Of a stretch of 64,000 bases of DNA, positions 13,284 to 30,240 are shown one piece after another (within the stretch, counting starts at the first letter, position 1; each line of letters begins with the position of its first letter). The DNA is taken from NCBI GenBank assembly GCA_030390025.1, contig CM059427.1:33852001-33916000 (forward strand), written 5' to 3'. Below the pieces are notes generated by a model. The model saw nothing but the letters and a program-made list of their open reading frames with translations. It did not search any database and had not been told where the DNA came from. The stretch is from Squalus acanthias (taxonomy: Eukaryota). A program made the position numbers and the translations under genes.

Positions 13284-13690
13284 GGGTAGAAATTGGTATG
13301 TGTTCCTCCTGTTTTTCAGGCATAAACGGGTGCAAATCTTACCAATTTAGCAGGGAGTAGTGAGGCCCATTTTTTAGGCGCCCTGGGTGGACCCCTTGTT
13401 GAGAATCCCTTTGCAAAATTAATTCCTAATGAATTCTTCAGTGGCCGCACCCCCCAGAGCCACCAACTAAAAGTAAGTATGGAATTTTTTTTAATCCCTT
13501 CCTTTGGACCCAGGAGGAGCACGAGTGTTCCACCAACTCCGCAGGCACTGCAATCATCAACCCCCCACCGTAGCCCACTCCAACCTCCCCTCCTAGAACT
13601 TAGCTGAGGGCTGCTACTGCCGGCGATGCAGGCGGCACTAAATTGTATTCTCGTGTCGAGCGAGCTGCCTGTGGAAGTGCGAGCAGCGCC
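13284..13690. mobile_element. Partial GC-rich MITE
   Basis: Starts with GGGTAGAAATTGG like the other TIRs in the window; no matching right terminus found. Confidence 0.45.
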
Positions 13691-14109
13691 CACAGCCTGC
13701 AGCCCGCCCCGAGTATCCTGTCCATCCTCGGACTTCTTACTTTGGGCGCGTACCAATCATACAGTGCCGAGTCTGGACTCGAAAACAGGCCACTGTCTCA
13801 CAGTCATACTGCAAACCAGCAAATCTTCATACGACTGAGAGACATCCTGTTTGTTGTACTATCGGGAATTTGGGATAACAGTGGGGACCTACAAGATACT
13901 TCTGAAAATTTGCAAAATCTTAGCCACAAGAACCCTCTCCCACATAAAGAGAGAAAAAATGCTTTCAATATTCGTATTATTTGTAAAATGAATTGTTCTT
14001 CATAAGAGTCTCCCATTTCTTATGGACCATAGACATTGTTCTCATCACTTGGTCTCCAATACAACAATGTTCTTTACTAGTTTAAATGCACAAAAAGTGA
14101 TAAATAAAT

Positions 14110-14540
14110 TCTAATATTGGACTCAATATCGAGTTCAACAATTTTAGATCATAACCTCAGCTCCAATCACATTTATATTTTATTTTTTCCACCCTTTTAT
14201 TTGCCCACCCCCCACCTTTTTTTTTCCTCCTAGAAGCTGGCAGCTGTCCTTCATTCTGCCAGTGGATTTCACACTTCTTTCAGCCTCAATCTGTCACATT
14301 AACACCACCTCTAGCCTTGCATATCTCTTAATGTCTCTTAATGTCTCTTCATCTCCCCCTTTGTTCTTTTATCCCCTCCCCCTTTTCCCAGCTTTACTCT
14401 GGCCTTAAATCTATTTGATTTCTGGCTCTTCACAGTTCTGACGAAAGGTCATCGACCTGAAACGTTAACTCTCTTTCTCTCTCCACGGATGCTGCCTGGC
14501 CTGCTGAGTTTTTCCAGCGTTTTCTGTTGTTATTTCTAAT
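14110..14540 (+). mobile_element. Penelope-like element 3' fragment
   Basis: GLNIEFNNFRS* (C-terminus of GIY-YIG region), pyrimidine tract, then CTGACGAAAGGTCATCGACCTGAAACGTTAAC...GATGCTGCCTGGCCTGCTGAG. Confidence 0.75.
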
Positions 14541-14928
14541 ATTTCTAACCTTATGTGAAATCAGTTTATTCAGTATGTCCCTATAAATAAGATCCTGAAC
14601 AGATCAACTTAAGTTTAATACAATTTTGATAGAAATGTGGCCTCATCTCTGAGCTGACCGCTGGGCATCAACCCCACCATTGATGCCCATGCCTTCAGCC
14701 ATCCAGGCCCCACACTCAGAAGTTCCCGCTGTAAACACCTCCGCCTTTCCACCTCTTTCGTGAACCCTCCTAATATCTCCATCTTTGGTTTGTCAAGCAT
14801 TTGTGACTGATTACATATAGGACATTTTTCTACAAAATGTAAGTGGTTGTTCCTGTTGAAGGCAGATGTCTGTCTTTTAGTTGAAGAGGAAACTCTGAGG
14901 CTAAGGACAACAGCAGTTCAAAGACATT

Positions 14929-15150
14929 GGGGGGAAAATTGGGTTGGTTTGCGCCTCTTGTTAGCGCCCCCGGGGGGTGTTAACAGGGCGCAAATCCCCT
15001 AGGGCGCGGCGCCGCTAACACTTCCCGTGAAATTCAGCGGGAGGTTAGCGGCGGCACTAGCCGGTAGCACCCCGCGGCGCTGTGCCGCTGGCGATGACGT
15101 CATCGTCGTGCGCAGTGCCCCACCCGCAAACTTCCCTTGCGCCCCCTGAC
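14929..15150. mobile_element. Truncated copy of the GC-rich Harbinger-type MITE
   Basis: Collinear with the reverse complement of 62940-63142. Confidence 0.75.
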
Positions 15151-15164
15151 CTATCGCCGGACAA

Positions 15165-15290
15165 TATGTGAAACATCTTCTCTACTTCTCCCCTATCAAA
15201 CCCTTACATAATCTTAAAGACCTCTATCAGGTCACCCCTCAGCCTTTTCTTTTCTAGAGAAAACTGCACAAGCCTGTTCAATCTTACTAA
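15165..15290 (-). mobile_element. Short CR1 fragment
   Basis: ATAATCTTAAAGACCTCTATCAGGTCACCCCTCAGCC is the antisense of the LRGDLIEVFKIM motif. Confidence 0.7.
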
Positions 15291-17869
15291 TTACCAATTC
15301 GTGAATATTCTCCTTTGGGAGGAAGGTAAGCGGGGTCTCTGTCAGGTTGAGGTGGCTCCAGTGACAGAAGCTCAGAACCAATGCTCTGTGACAGATTTGG
15401 TAGTCCAGTACCTGAAGAAACCAGATCCGCAGTACTGCAGGACACTAACAGAACCTGGAGGGGTAGACCTCTCTCGGGAGATGGGATCTTTCCCACTTAG
15501 CTCTCCATAATTCTGCAAACCAGTTCTCCAATGGACAGGGTAGTGCTAGCTGGACAAGCAGCAGGAAGATTACTAGTGCTTCATCCTGAAAAGATGTGTG
15601 GTTGTAGCTGGCTAAACTCCAGCAGTACACCTACACATAGTTAGGGGTCCCTGTCAACCTGCACCTAAGCTGTCTGGATTTAGGTAAGTGAGCTATGTCT
15701 CCATGCAGAGAAAGTGCTCACTCCATGCCAGGCAAACAAATATTCTACATATGTAGATTTCTCAATAGTTGGAGACGCCTAAAAAACAGTGATGGGTTTT
15801 CACACATGTCAAACACCCGGCTGACCAAAGGAAAAAATATACTGCAACACTGTGACATTTTCCTTTTTCCACAATGGCAATCCTTGAGGCCTCGTTCAAT
15901 GAGCATTTTGTGCCAAATATTCCTACATAATGGGTAGGTTTGTGCTGTGAACTCACCCCTATTATGAACTCATTTCAGCCAGCAAAGAGAGGTTTTCTTT
16001 CCATCAGTCACGACTAAATTCAAACACAGAAGGCAGTGTCTACCACCTAGTCACCAGGATTCAGGCTTAGGCAACTTTGTTGCCAAGGAATGATACTGGA
16101 GTTGGGACTGGAAACAAAGAATATCTTCCCGTGTTTATTTTTTTGTGTGTGCATCTCTTGACCATCATTCTATCTGTTCTGGGTTTAATTCCGTTTCCCT
16201 TGTATTCCAGGTTGTAATCTTTATATTTTAAGCTATTTTCTGTCTTGTTATTTGTGGTCTGGTCTTCTTTCCTGTGTTTGGAATTATACTTCTATATTCT
16301 AGGCTAGTTTTTTCCTAGCCATTTTCATTGTCATAAAAGCTGGTTAATAGTCTTCCAGTCTCTATTCTTTGTATTCCAAGTAGTATCTCTATATTTCAGG
16401 CCATTTCCTTATATTTTGATGGTATTCTCTATGCTGTTGCCTGGTGCCTGTGTTAATTGAACATTCCCAGCTCTATATTCTGTGTTCTGAGCTGTGTTTT
16501 ATGTAATCTGTGCATTTTCATTGTGGTCCATGCTGCGCTCCTTCTATTTCAGGCTGTGTTCACTGTGATGTGGACTGTTTTGTGTGTGTTCCCTGCAATC
16601 CGTGCTGTATTCTGAGTGGCCCATCCAGCCGGTGTTCTTTGTGATCCATGTTGTGTTTCCTGTGATGTGTACTCTATGATATGACAGAGCTCGGAATTCA
16701 CAGTTGTCCATGCTATTGAGACATTTGTCAAACCACTGCATTTCAAATGTTAGACTGGCTGCTTGTTTTCATAACTTAGAGGTTGTTAATGTTGTACAAA
16801 GGCTATTTCCACCGTCATGGCAAAAACTGAGGCCAACAATAGCACCTTCACCACCACCCCAGCTGAGATCAGCTAATTCAAACCAGATCATGAATCAAAC
16901 CTGACACCTTCCTGATCAGTGTGCCTTAGTTGACCAGGTGGAGCCGGGTTCATGTTCAACCAGGATTGTAACATCATCCAAGTGACGGGGGAATAGACCA
17001 ATTACTGATAAATAATGCACCCTCGTTTTACTAGATGCAATGCACATGTGTATATGTTGTGGACATTTTCTAAGCATTGATTCCCCTTATTTCTGAATCT
17101 TGATTTTTCTCCCTTTGTCCAGGAACAAATGAGAGTTTGTGGATGTTTTCTTATCCATGACTTGCACAGTGAAAGCGGCTGTTTCCATATTAACCCTGTA
17201 CAGCAAAGATTTTATTTTAAATAAATTACCAAATCGTGATATTGTGGTCAAAATGCACTTGAAATTGTGCGGGTTATGTTAGGCTTCAAGTTCCCACAAA
17301 ATTCATTTGCATAATCACAAATGTAAAATCTTCCATGAACCAGTGCAATTTGGCAACGTAATAGAACATAATTGTTTCTTTTTTCTTTCCATTAAAAAGT
17401 ATTCCTTGATGTATTTAAGAGTGGAAACCTAGTTCAGTTTTATTAATACAGCTGAAAATGGGATTATCAGCAAAAATAAGCATCTTTAATAAGGGTGTCC
17501 AGTCCTCCACCTGTGACTAGCCTGCTTTTAAATCACTGAAAATGACTTAAAAATATATATACTGAACCATTTAATAGTTTCATTGGTGTACACTAGTCAG
17601 TTTCTTAATAAATTAAGTATTTTTTGATATGAAAGAACTTTTAAAACATGTCTACTAGTGCCTGTGCACCTAAGAAAATGAACTCAATTTGAAGAACCTT
17701 CCCAAACGAGCACAAACTCGCAATTTTGACCTGGAGGCATGGCCAATTTTGTGGGCAGGGCCTGATTCCAGCACTGGTTCGGCCGATTCCACCCGGATTG
17801 TGCTGATATAATGGAAACAAGTGGAAGCTCAACCCCTATTTTTTTTTGTTGAAGGTAAGACTTCTCGTT

Positions 17870-18242
17870 TTAACTCACTCCAGTTCTCTCCCCATCTCTT
17901 CTGAAGGCATTGAGTTATGCTACAGTATGGTTGCATGTGTCCTCGCCAATCTCCTGTACTTCACCCTTCTTCTTGTGTTAGCCTAAGCAGTGAATGTCAA
18001 CAGGCATGTCACCATGTGGACATTACAAATGACACCAGTCCTGTCCAGTGTCATTGGATAATGATCAAGTGTAGGATTCCTCCAAAGCCAAGACATGCTG
18101 AGACCAATTGTAGCACTCTCATCATCATCCTGGTTCAGATCCGTTAACTCAGCGCAGACTGGGGATCAAAGCTGACACTTTCTTGGTCCACATAGCTCAG
18201 TTCTACATTGAGCAGTGTATTAACCAAATGAGCCATCAGGGT
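17870..18242 (-). mobile_element. Old tRNA-derived SINE, same family as 5215-5600
   Basis: Minus strand TGATGGCTCATTTGGTTAA head and GTCTGCGCTGAGTTAACGGATCTGAACCAGG...GCTACAATTGG core. Confidence 0.55.
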
Positions 18243-21200
18243 CACACAGAGGACACAATCCCCAATTTTAAGGTGTTTTCTCCCTTCCTCTTTCTTTGAC
18301 CCCTCTACATCATGCATTATCCCTGGACAAATGTTAAATGTACAACCTGCTTCCAAGCCTCCCACAATACCAATATGAAGTCATCCACTAACATCTGTAT
18401 GATAGGGAACCAAGGTGACCCTTGCTCCATTATCCCTCCCTGCCTTAGAGAATCACATGTCCAATGCTCCAGATGTCCTCACAGCAGCATGGCTGAAATC
18501 AGAAAGTCAACATGTGGGGGGTCACATGTTCCATCATCTGTGATTCCACTGCACTACCACTCAGATAAGTTAAAGAGAACATTCAGATTTCACTGCACTT
18601 TTGAGGCCAGAACATCCTTGAATTTGGCTGAAATCAACACGAAAGCAAAACAGTTCAGTTACTGGAAATATAATAATACAACCAAAAAACACAATGAAAA
18701 TGAACTACCAGTGTAACTAAAAGATGGAATTATAATTATTCAAGTGATCATTCTTATGTAATACCTGGGCAACAGGTGTCTCACACAAACACAAGACCTC
18801 ATATATAACCATTGTTTCTATAGATGTTGTACTTGTCTGCTGTCATTAGACTGGCAGTGTCAGTGCAGGACTGGCACCAATTGTGCACTGGCATGAGTAC
18901 CGAATATGTGATTATAATGCCTGCTCACACTGTTGTGCAGAGGCTGTGTACAGCTGAGTATGTGTGCTCAAACATTTGCCTGAAGTATGATTTACCAGCC
19001 TCCAGTATTGCTGGTGAATTTTCTACTGGTTGAATAGAACTGATGGGATAGTCATCTCTTTTCGGTCAAAAACAAACCTTCTGTGCGGCCAATATCTTGT
19101 TTAAAACAGTAAATAAAAGGCAGGCTTCACACCAATCACAACAAAGCAAAACCAATGTGAAATGATCTCTTGGAGGTGCTCTTGCTTACATCGGAACTTC
19201 TGAGATCAGGCTAGTACTGGCAGGATTATGCTATACTTTTGGCACCAGCACAATGAAAATCTTGGCATTGCCCCAGTACCAAAAATGCAGTGTAATGACA
19301 GCATAAATCAGATGGTTTCAACCCCCGTCAAGTAGATTTATATTAATTGTAGTGTCCCTGAGTCATACGATCGTCGGTGAGGGCAGGAATTACACCACCG
19401 AGTCATTCCTTGTCAACACACCACAGTCCAAGGAAGCGGTGGATGAAACCACCCAACTCGCTGCAAATACCCAGAAACAAATGTAAATTATGAAAAGAAT
19501 AATGAATACCTGTGGGGAATACAGGGCGCTAATCTGATTAATGGGCTCAGATGACATCATAAACTGCAAAAGCAAGCCTGTAATGGATTAAAACCATCAT
19601 CTACATCCAGAATTATTGCTTTGAAGTTACTCCATGTGCTCTGTATCTTGCATTTAATATAGACGATGTGGATAGTTGTGGGTCTGTTTCTGCCGACACG
19701 AGCTGTCACTGGGTTCCAGACATGTTGACACTGTAGGTTTGACACTTGTGGTGTCATTACCAAAAATGATTGTGAAATTATTTGGAGTATATCAGGAATG
19801 TCTACGTTTACTTTGTAGAACATTTGAATAATATGGCGAGACAACTTTCACAACACCTGCGAACATTAGAAATGAGCGCGATTCGGTTTCTCAATTGCTG
19901 CTCCCACAGGCGCTGGAAGCCCCTTGTGTGCGCATCTCATGTTGTCGCTTTGAGATTTGCTGGGGTGGGGGTGGGGGGCTATTGATTTGGAAAAAGCACT
20001 TACGGATAGAGATGCACCACGTTTGCACAGAAATGTCCCACGGTTTGAACGTGTAATTTGCCTTCTTTGTCACCCTGTTTAATAATATGTAGAGAGCATA
20101 TATTCATATATGTGGGGAATGTGAATCTATTGTGTCCTCCAGATGCAAAACCGAGGCACGCTACAAATGCGTTTGCAAAGGCATGGACACTCTGTCCCCA
20201 AACTTGACCGGGACCGTGTTGTCTGTATTCCAGGCTGTGTGCTCCCTGGTTTAAGCTCCCGGTTCTATTTGTACTCCACGCGATCTTACCCCGTGCTGTG
20301 GACTGAGCTACCCCATCCTCATCCCCCTCCCGCCAGCTGCTTTATGGTCTGACCGGCCCTCGGCTTTCTCCTACTTTGCGGGCTGATCTGCCTGCGATTG
20401 CGGATGCTCTCTGTGTTCCAAGTGTGGAAACTCTCTGGTTCCAGCTCTGCAGCGGCCCCAGCTGCCGATCACTCTCTGTGGAGCCTCTGTAAAAGGCTGT
20501 CCATACACATGCACACAGACACGCAGGCTGCCTCCAAATACTACCAATTATATATGATAGCGCACTGAGATCTTAAGCTGCCAGTAAACAGATCAACCTT
20601 AGCAAAACCATCTAAAAAGACAACTGTACTTCTTTTGGTGGGATGGTTGATTTCCTTGAGAACTCTAGCTGTTTACCTAGAACTCGTGGAGTAAGGTTCA
20701 TATTTTCTGTCTTTCAGGGCTGTTTGTATTATCCTCAATCGAATTGTTACATGCTAAGACAATCATTAAGGTAAAGTTATTGTCTACGTTTCTGAACTTC
20801 GGTACCGCGCATGATAGGTTAAAATCGGCTTATACCTATACAGTCAGAAAAGTGACTTTATATAATTTCGATGATATTTTTTCCTGGCTGTCCAATATTG
20901 TTGAATAATATTCGCCGTCCATTCAGTCCTAATAAAAAATAATTGAAATGCTTCGTTATTTGTGATCAAATCTGAACGCCATTAGAAATATAAAAATAAA
21001 GTTAATAACAGCGTTATTGTAAGAAAGTAAATAGGGGACCAACACCTTGTCATATGATATAAATGCGGGGTTGAAGCAGACACTAGATGTATACAGCCTT
21101 GTCAAACTCATTTATAAGTTGCATTGAAATAATCAAATTATTTTCTTGTTTCTTTATACTTCTCAAAATAGAGACAGAACAATATTTTGCATTGAGGCGT

Positions 21201-22874
21201 GTGTTGTGGGTAATTCACTGAATGAAGACAATGTAAAGAGTGGAGGCGATTCAGATTTCTGTTAAACACCGAATGAATACAAGAATTGTTGATAAATATG
21301 GGGCTGTGAAATAATGCTGTACTGTTAAAAACTGGTGAGAGCTGGATGAATCCCACAGAACATCTACAACCACGCACCGAAAGGACACTCGCTTCTCCGA
21401 CCATTTACAGCCGCAATCTCCAAACATTCTTTTCCTAAAATTGCCAACATTAGTTTAAAATAAAACCACGGTTGGTCGATATCAACATGTCCTGAAATAA
21501 ACCACCAGTTGGAATATTATATTACAAATTGCAAATCATTTTAAACTTTGGCTCCACGTTTTCGAAAAATTCAAATGACACTCCCATAAATATTTCAGGC
21601 TGAGAACTTTTAGGAAATCCACTTCCGTTCAGATGCTGCAATGCGAGAAGTTTTAATTCATAAATGTTTAGCACGTCAAATAAAAGCGGAATCCTGTGTA
21701 AATCCTGGCGCTGTGTGTAAAGCAAGAGCCCAAGGCTGACATACAAGTTCCTGGGCAAGTTTGAATATGTAGCTATAAGCAATATATTGCGAATTATATT
21801 ACACACTTATTGCGAATTGTGATTCCTACCTCTAACTATTAAAGAGAATTCACTATTGTGATTAAAGCGCTGTATCAACAGTGATATTAATTCTGTTGCC
21901 TACATTTGATTGGATTTTTCCCCCTGAATACTCGGCTCACATTCGCTGTCAGCTTCTGTCTCTCTGCGACAAACTTTCTTGTATTCGATTACGAATTCGG
22001 GCTGAACTCAAACGGCTACCTAACAACATCGGAAATATTGCGTGTCGCTCACTGTACATATTTCAGTTGATAGGTTTGAGGAATTGAAAAGGCGATAAGC
22101 GGAAACAGCGGTTTTCAGCCGCGCACATCTTCGTGTAAAATGTCTAATTGTGTCAAGGTAATGATAAAAAAAACGCTTTCTGCATTCACAGCCACCGAAG
22201 CAGTGCACGCAGAACAAGTCGCATCTTTTCACTGCGCAAACTAATCTGAATTCCTTATCTGGAGACAAGAGAAGCTAATCTTGTGACATTCATGAAATCG
22301 AGAAATTCTCTGGGTAGCTATTTCCTTTAATTTATTTGAATCCCAAGACAGAATACATGAATAACCGATAACCAAATGCTATCCAGATAGGATGTCGGAA
22401 ACCTTAATTGCATTTCTCATTAGGAAAGGTACTTAAACTGATGGGACATTTCTGACGAAATAAGAAAAAACTTGCACCACATACACATAGCAGGGCTTGT
22501 ACTTATCGCATGTACTAGGGAAATACTTTCAAATCAGTATAGTTTCTGTTTCTATAAAATTCAGCATCATTTGCTAAAAAGCGCATCTGCACGCTACAAT
22601 AAATATTTGCCTAAAGTTTATTTTTTTTAAACTTCATATCACATTGAAATTAGCTTTATGGTCAGCTAGAAAAATGATCAATTCATACGCATACACCCTT
22701 TGCTATTTTGATCTTCCAACAGCTTTATAGTAAATGGAATTACTATGGTGAATCTGTGTTTGTATAAAACGGGCTATGGATGATTAAAATTGAAATAGTA
22801 GGTTGGATAAAGTACAAGACTGTATATGCAAATGTAATGGAGATTTGGATTGAATACACAGGAATCCACCAAAC

Positions 22875-24163
22875 AACTATTTGAAGACATCTTGTTTATT
22901 TGTGTAAACATTAAATGTTTCTTTCTCAAAGAAAGAATTCTCAGAAAACATACTTTAAGCATTTCTAAATGTAAGATACACAATAGAAAAGGCAGTGACT
23001 TGTAGGTCAAAATGTATACGTACCGCATACATATATATATTTTAATATACAAAGTAAAACCTACATGTATGTAAATACTTTCTTTTAAAAATCCCACTGA
23101 AACATGAAATGACAACTGTCACCTTTTTGCAGACGTTTGGAAAGTAAGACAAAGTGCTCAGTAAATTGCAGGAGATTATCTCTAAAAGCACTCTGAAAAC
23201 CGTCGAAAGCAGTAGCATGCAAATTCATGTTAGACGACAAAAATAATAAAGATATAAACTTTTATCAACATCAACAGTACATACAACACTTACAAACGAT
23301 GATTGTTGAACGGTCTTTACAAACACAATGTATCTCTTTAAGATGTCAGTCGGTTTATACTTGTAGCCAAATGCTAGAATTGTACATCTGCTAACAAGAT
23401 ATCAAACACTACATCTGTCTTTAAAAAATCTAACAGACTACATAGTGTCTGGAATACTATTTCTTAGGTTTTCATACTGTAGACATAATCCATCAAGAAG
23501 ATACCAAGTGCCTATAATATTTCCAACATACAAGTATGAAGATTAGTCCTGCAACAGCATTCACATGCTTTATTTTGTACTAGCCGCTATTAGATCTGCA
23601 TCTTTTTTTCTTCACTCTTACATTTCAAATCAACCAGAAAAATAATCAGAGCAAAACTTAATTTGATAATTTACATCTGTTTGCGGCTTTCAGTGACGCT
23701 TTGGACGCATCACATCACCATATAATTGCTGTATTTATATAAGCCAATTCTTTATTATATATACTGCGGCATATATCTGCTTAGAGCACGAGCTTTGCCG
23801 AGGACGGAGTTTACAATCCATTTTATACACTTCAAATATGAGTTTTATCAAAAGTTGAACGGAGCTTGACAGGAATGCGTGTATCCCCATTTGGGGAAGC
23901 TTCATCTCGTCAATAAAAAAAATAAAATAGATAATTAAAAACTGTATATACCACGTTTTGCAGTTTATTTGCTGTGAATCCTGGTCAGTAAACGACTGTG
24001 AATACAAAGTTCTAGCAAGCGCAAAAAGTTCTCAGGCTTTTTGCAAATGCGTTTGGCACCAAAGTTCCGTTTCACTGCAGAAATGTCTCTGCTGGATTTC
24101 TGGAGCAGTTTAACATCCTTTATTATTATAGTTTTTTTTCAGCTTAAGTGCTTAGGTTTGCTT
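22875..24163 (-). other. NR4A2: NR4A2 3' UTR (end approximate)
   Basis: AU-rich sequence after the stop; AATAAA signals on the minus strand at 23574-23569 and 22900-22895; several ATTTA motifs. Confidence 0.7.
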
Positions 24164-27615
<3,452 letters not shown>

Positions 27616-28096
27616 GGCTGTAAATGAAAGTTCTGAACATGTACTCATACCATTTAAATGCATACGACCACTACTTCTAAATCATCTTGCTTCACACATC
27701 CGAGACCCACTGTAGGAATCTGAACTAAATGTCTCGAAATCATTTCATTTAAACTCATGGATATACTTTCTGGGCGTGTGCCAGAGATACGAGCTAAAAG
27801 CGATTTAACGTATTCACTTGTTACGGGTTCCCTAGTAAAAATAACTCCTTGATACTTTAAAATGATTAATTTCAATATTCAGCCAAGTTTCCTTTTGTTC
27901 TGTAAGTATTCGAGGTGAACTAAAATATTTGTAATGTGTAGTTTTCTATCAAAGTGGCAACTACAATTTAAAAAATATGGAATACATAGGGAATATTTTC
28001 GTCGTGGCTGACTTAAAAAAAGAAAAATGGCAATATAATGTAATGAAAATAATTTGATAAATTAACACCTATGACAGCGCATTCAAACTGACGTAC

Positions 28097-28220
28097 CTTC
28101 AGCCAAGTGACTGTGAAAGAAATGGAAAGTAGACACTGTTGTGGTTTGTGTTCCTGAAGAGCAGAATTCGGAATGTTTTTTCTTAATTGCAATTCAGATT
28201 AAAGTACAATGAAACCTTTT
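28097..28220 (-). other. NR4A2: NR4A2 non-coding exon 2 (5' UTR)
   Basis: Acceptor ctgttttcag| and donor GGCTGAAG|gtacgt; the GGCTGAAG end and ~124 nt length resemble mammalian exon 2 (from recall). Confidence 0.8.
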
Positions 28221-29974
28221 CTGAAAACAGATGGAAACAAATAATCATTGACCCACACCACGCCAACTGTTAGTTGTAACAGAATTTTATAAGAATTATA
28301 TTCCAGTGACTTTCATAGGACACATAACACGTTATCTTTGCCCTTTTCAAGTTACATTTTCCTTGTGATTCCTTATTTTAAAAGTTTATTTAAATACGCA
28401 CTGATGTACCCCGATGGAGCAGGTTTGCACAACCCCCGCATGAACCCTCGGATTTTTGTCCTGCTCCACTCATCATCCTTTGGAGCAAATCATCATCTTT
28501 GCTTAAGTACATTTGTGAATTCCCTCTGAATTTAATTGTAAGTATCTGACCAACACTAAAAACGCCCTCAACCTTTCTATATACACTGGACCATATTTTA
28601 CTGGACAATCCAATATCTTTAAAGCCTAGAAGGAGACTATGACAAAACATGCAAGGGAAAAAAATCATTTCTAGAAGAGGTCTGTTTAGAAAAGAATGTT
28701 ATAGAAAGTTGTCTGTTTTGCTCTCAACAATGCAGCATTAGCAGGACAAATTACTCCAAGTGCTAAATTACAGCTATGGAAAGATATGTATGCAATATTC
28801 TGTCCATTATTATATATAAAATAGTTATACAGAGTATTACACGAGTATTACACATATAAAAACAGATGGGTGGATGGATAGCTAGACAGAGAAACAGATA
28901 GAAAGGGAAATGTGCAGCATTAATTCAATTTAAATGATTGCTCTGTAATGCACATATAGGAAGACAGACCAGACTATGTAAATGCGTATCTTTTAAAATA
29001 TACTAATACATGAATGTTCACAAAAAACACATGTAAAGTTCCTTTGGTAAACCATTTTAGCAGTTGTTTTGTGCTGTGGTCCCCTGGAAGACTCCGGAAT
29101 CCAAACAGTAAAAGTAATAACCATTGGCTTAAAAATAACTTTTTAGCAATATTCATCTGCAATATGTATATTACGTAAACCGCCCTTAGAAGCTTAAATG
29201 GAAAGTATTCCGCAACGTTAAAAAAAACAAAATAACTTTTCGAAATGACAATCATAACTCTGCATGCTTTACAATTTACCCTATCCGCGCAGCTCGATTT
29301 GATTATTTACTGACCGTCATAATTACAAAATATCAAGCAGATTTCAGACTTCTAATCCCCATAATACTCGCCAAGATACAGCGTGTTTACCATAACTAAC
29401 CGCGTACATCTAACTTTCTGTCAACTGTCTCACATCGGTCTGTAAATCTTTTGGACCGCAGTCCGACGCTTACACATTGCAACGTGAGTTGCGTCTTGGT
29501 GGCCGTGATTAATTTGGTATTTTTGTGGGTTTTTTAAATATATCATGTTGCTGGTCGCAAGAAATACACGTGTGGATGAGATCCCGCGATCACCGCCCCC
29601 ATCCCAAACAGCTGGAGCAGGGCACCAGGTGGAACGTACAGGTGACCACATTAAAAACAAAGCCACGCGGATCAACCTAGACACCACCTACAACTTCTAG
29701 AGGAAGAGTAGATATTCAATCATTGTTTAAAATTATTATTAAGATGTGTCTTTCAATTGCTTAATGACAGCTACGATGGCCGGAACAGAAAACGCTGCCA
29801 GCCCGTAACTGTTGTCAAGTAGACACAGTTCTAAAATTGACAAGCTTTACAGCTAATTCACAACATCCTCAGAAAAACTAAGCCGTGACAATCAGAACAG
29901 CAGCAGCGAACAATATAATGGAAATATTCGCATAAACACACATCATGAAATTGCTCAAACAATTCAATACCTAC

Positions 29975-30240
29975 TTGTTTAATTTTTACTTCCACTTCTC
30001 ATATAGATACTGCAGATCGCAGGGCGAGTAGAAAGTCGGTTTAACATGGAATGAACTTTGAAGTGCAGCAGTGTTTGATTTAAGTAGCGGCAGTAGTGGT
30101 ACAGGTTGCTGTTCTCGGCACTCTGAGCAGGCGATCAGACTCGGACTGGCCCTACTCTCCAATGTGCCTTTGTTTATGTGAGCTCCTCTCTTCCACCGGC
30201 AGCGTGTAACCAAGTCTCCGAGCGTCAGCGAGCGTCAGCG
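29975..30240 (-). other. NR4A2: NR4A2 non-coding exon 1 (TSS approximate)
   Basis: Minus strand GCTGACGCTCGCTGACGCTCGGAGACTT...CACATAAACAAAGGCACATTGG...GGGCCAGTCCG resembles the mammalian NR4A2 5' end (from recall); donor CAA|gtaggt at 29974. Confidence 0.75.

Noticed and set aside
27616-27663. N-terminal extension [16 protein letters not shown] in ORF 26740..27663
   Set aside because: Mostly intronic: the acceptor tttacag lies at 27618 and the conserved start is MPCVQAQ at 27615.
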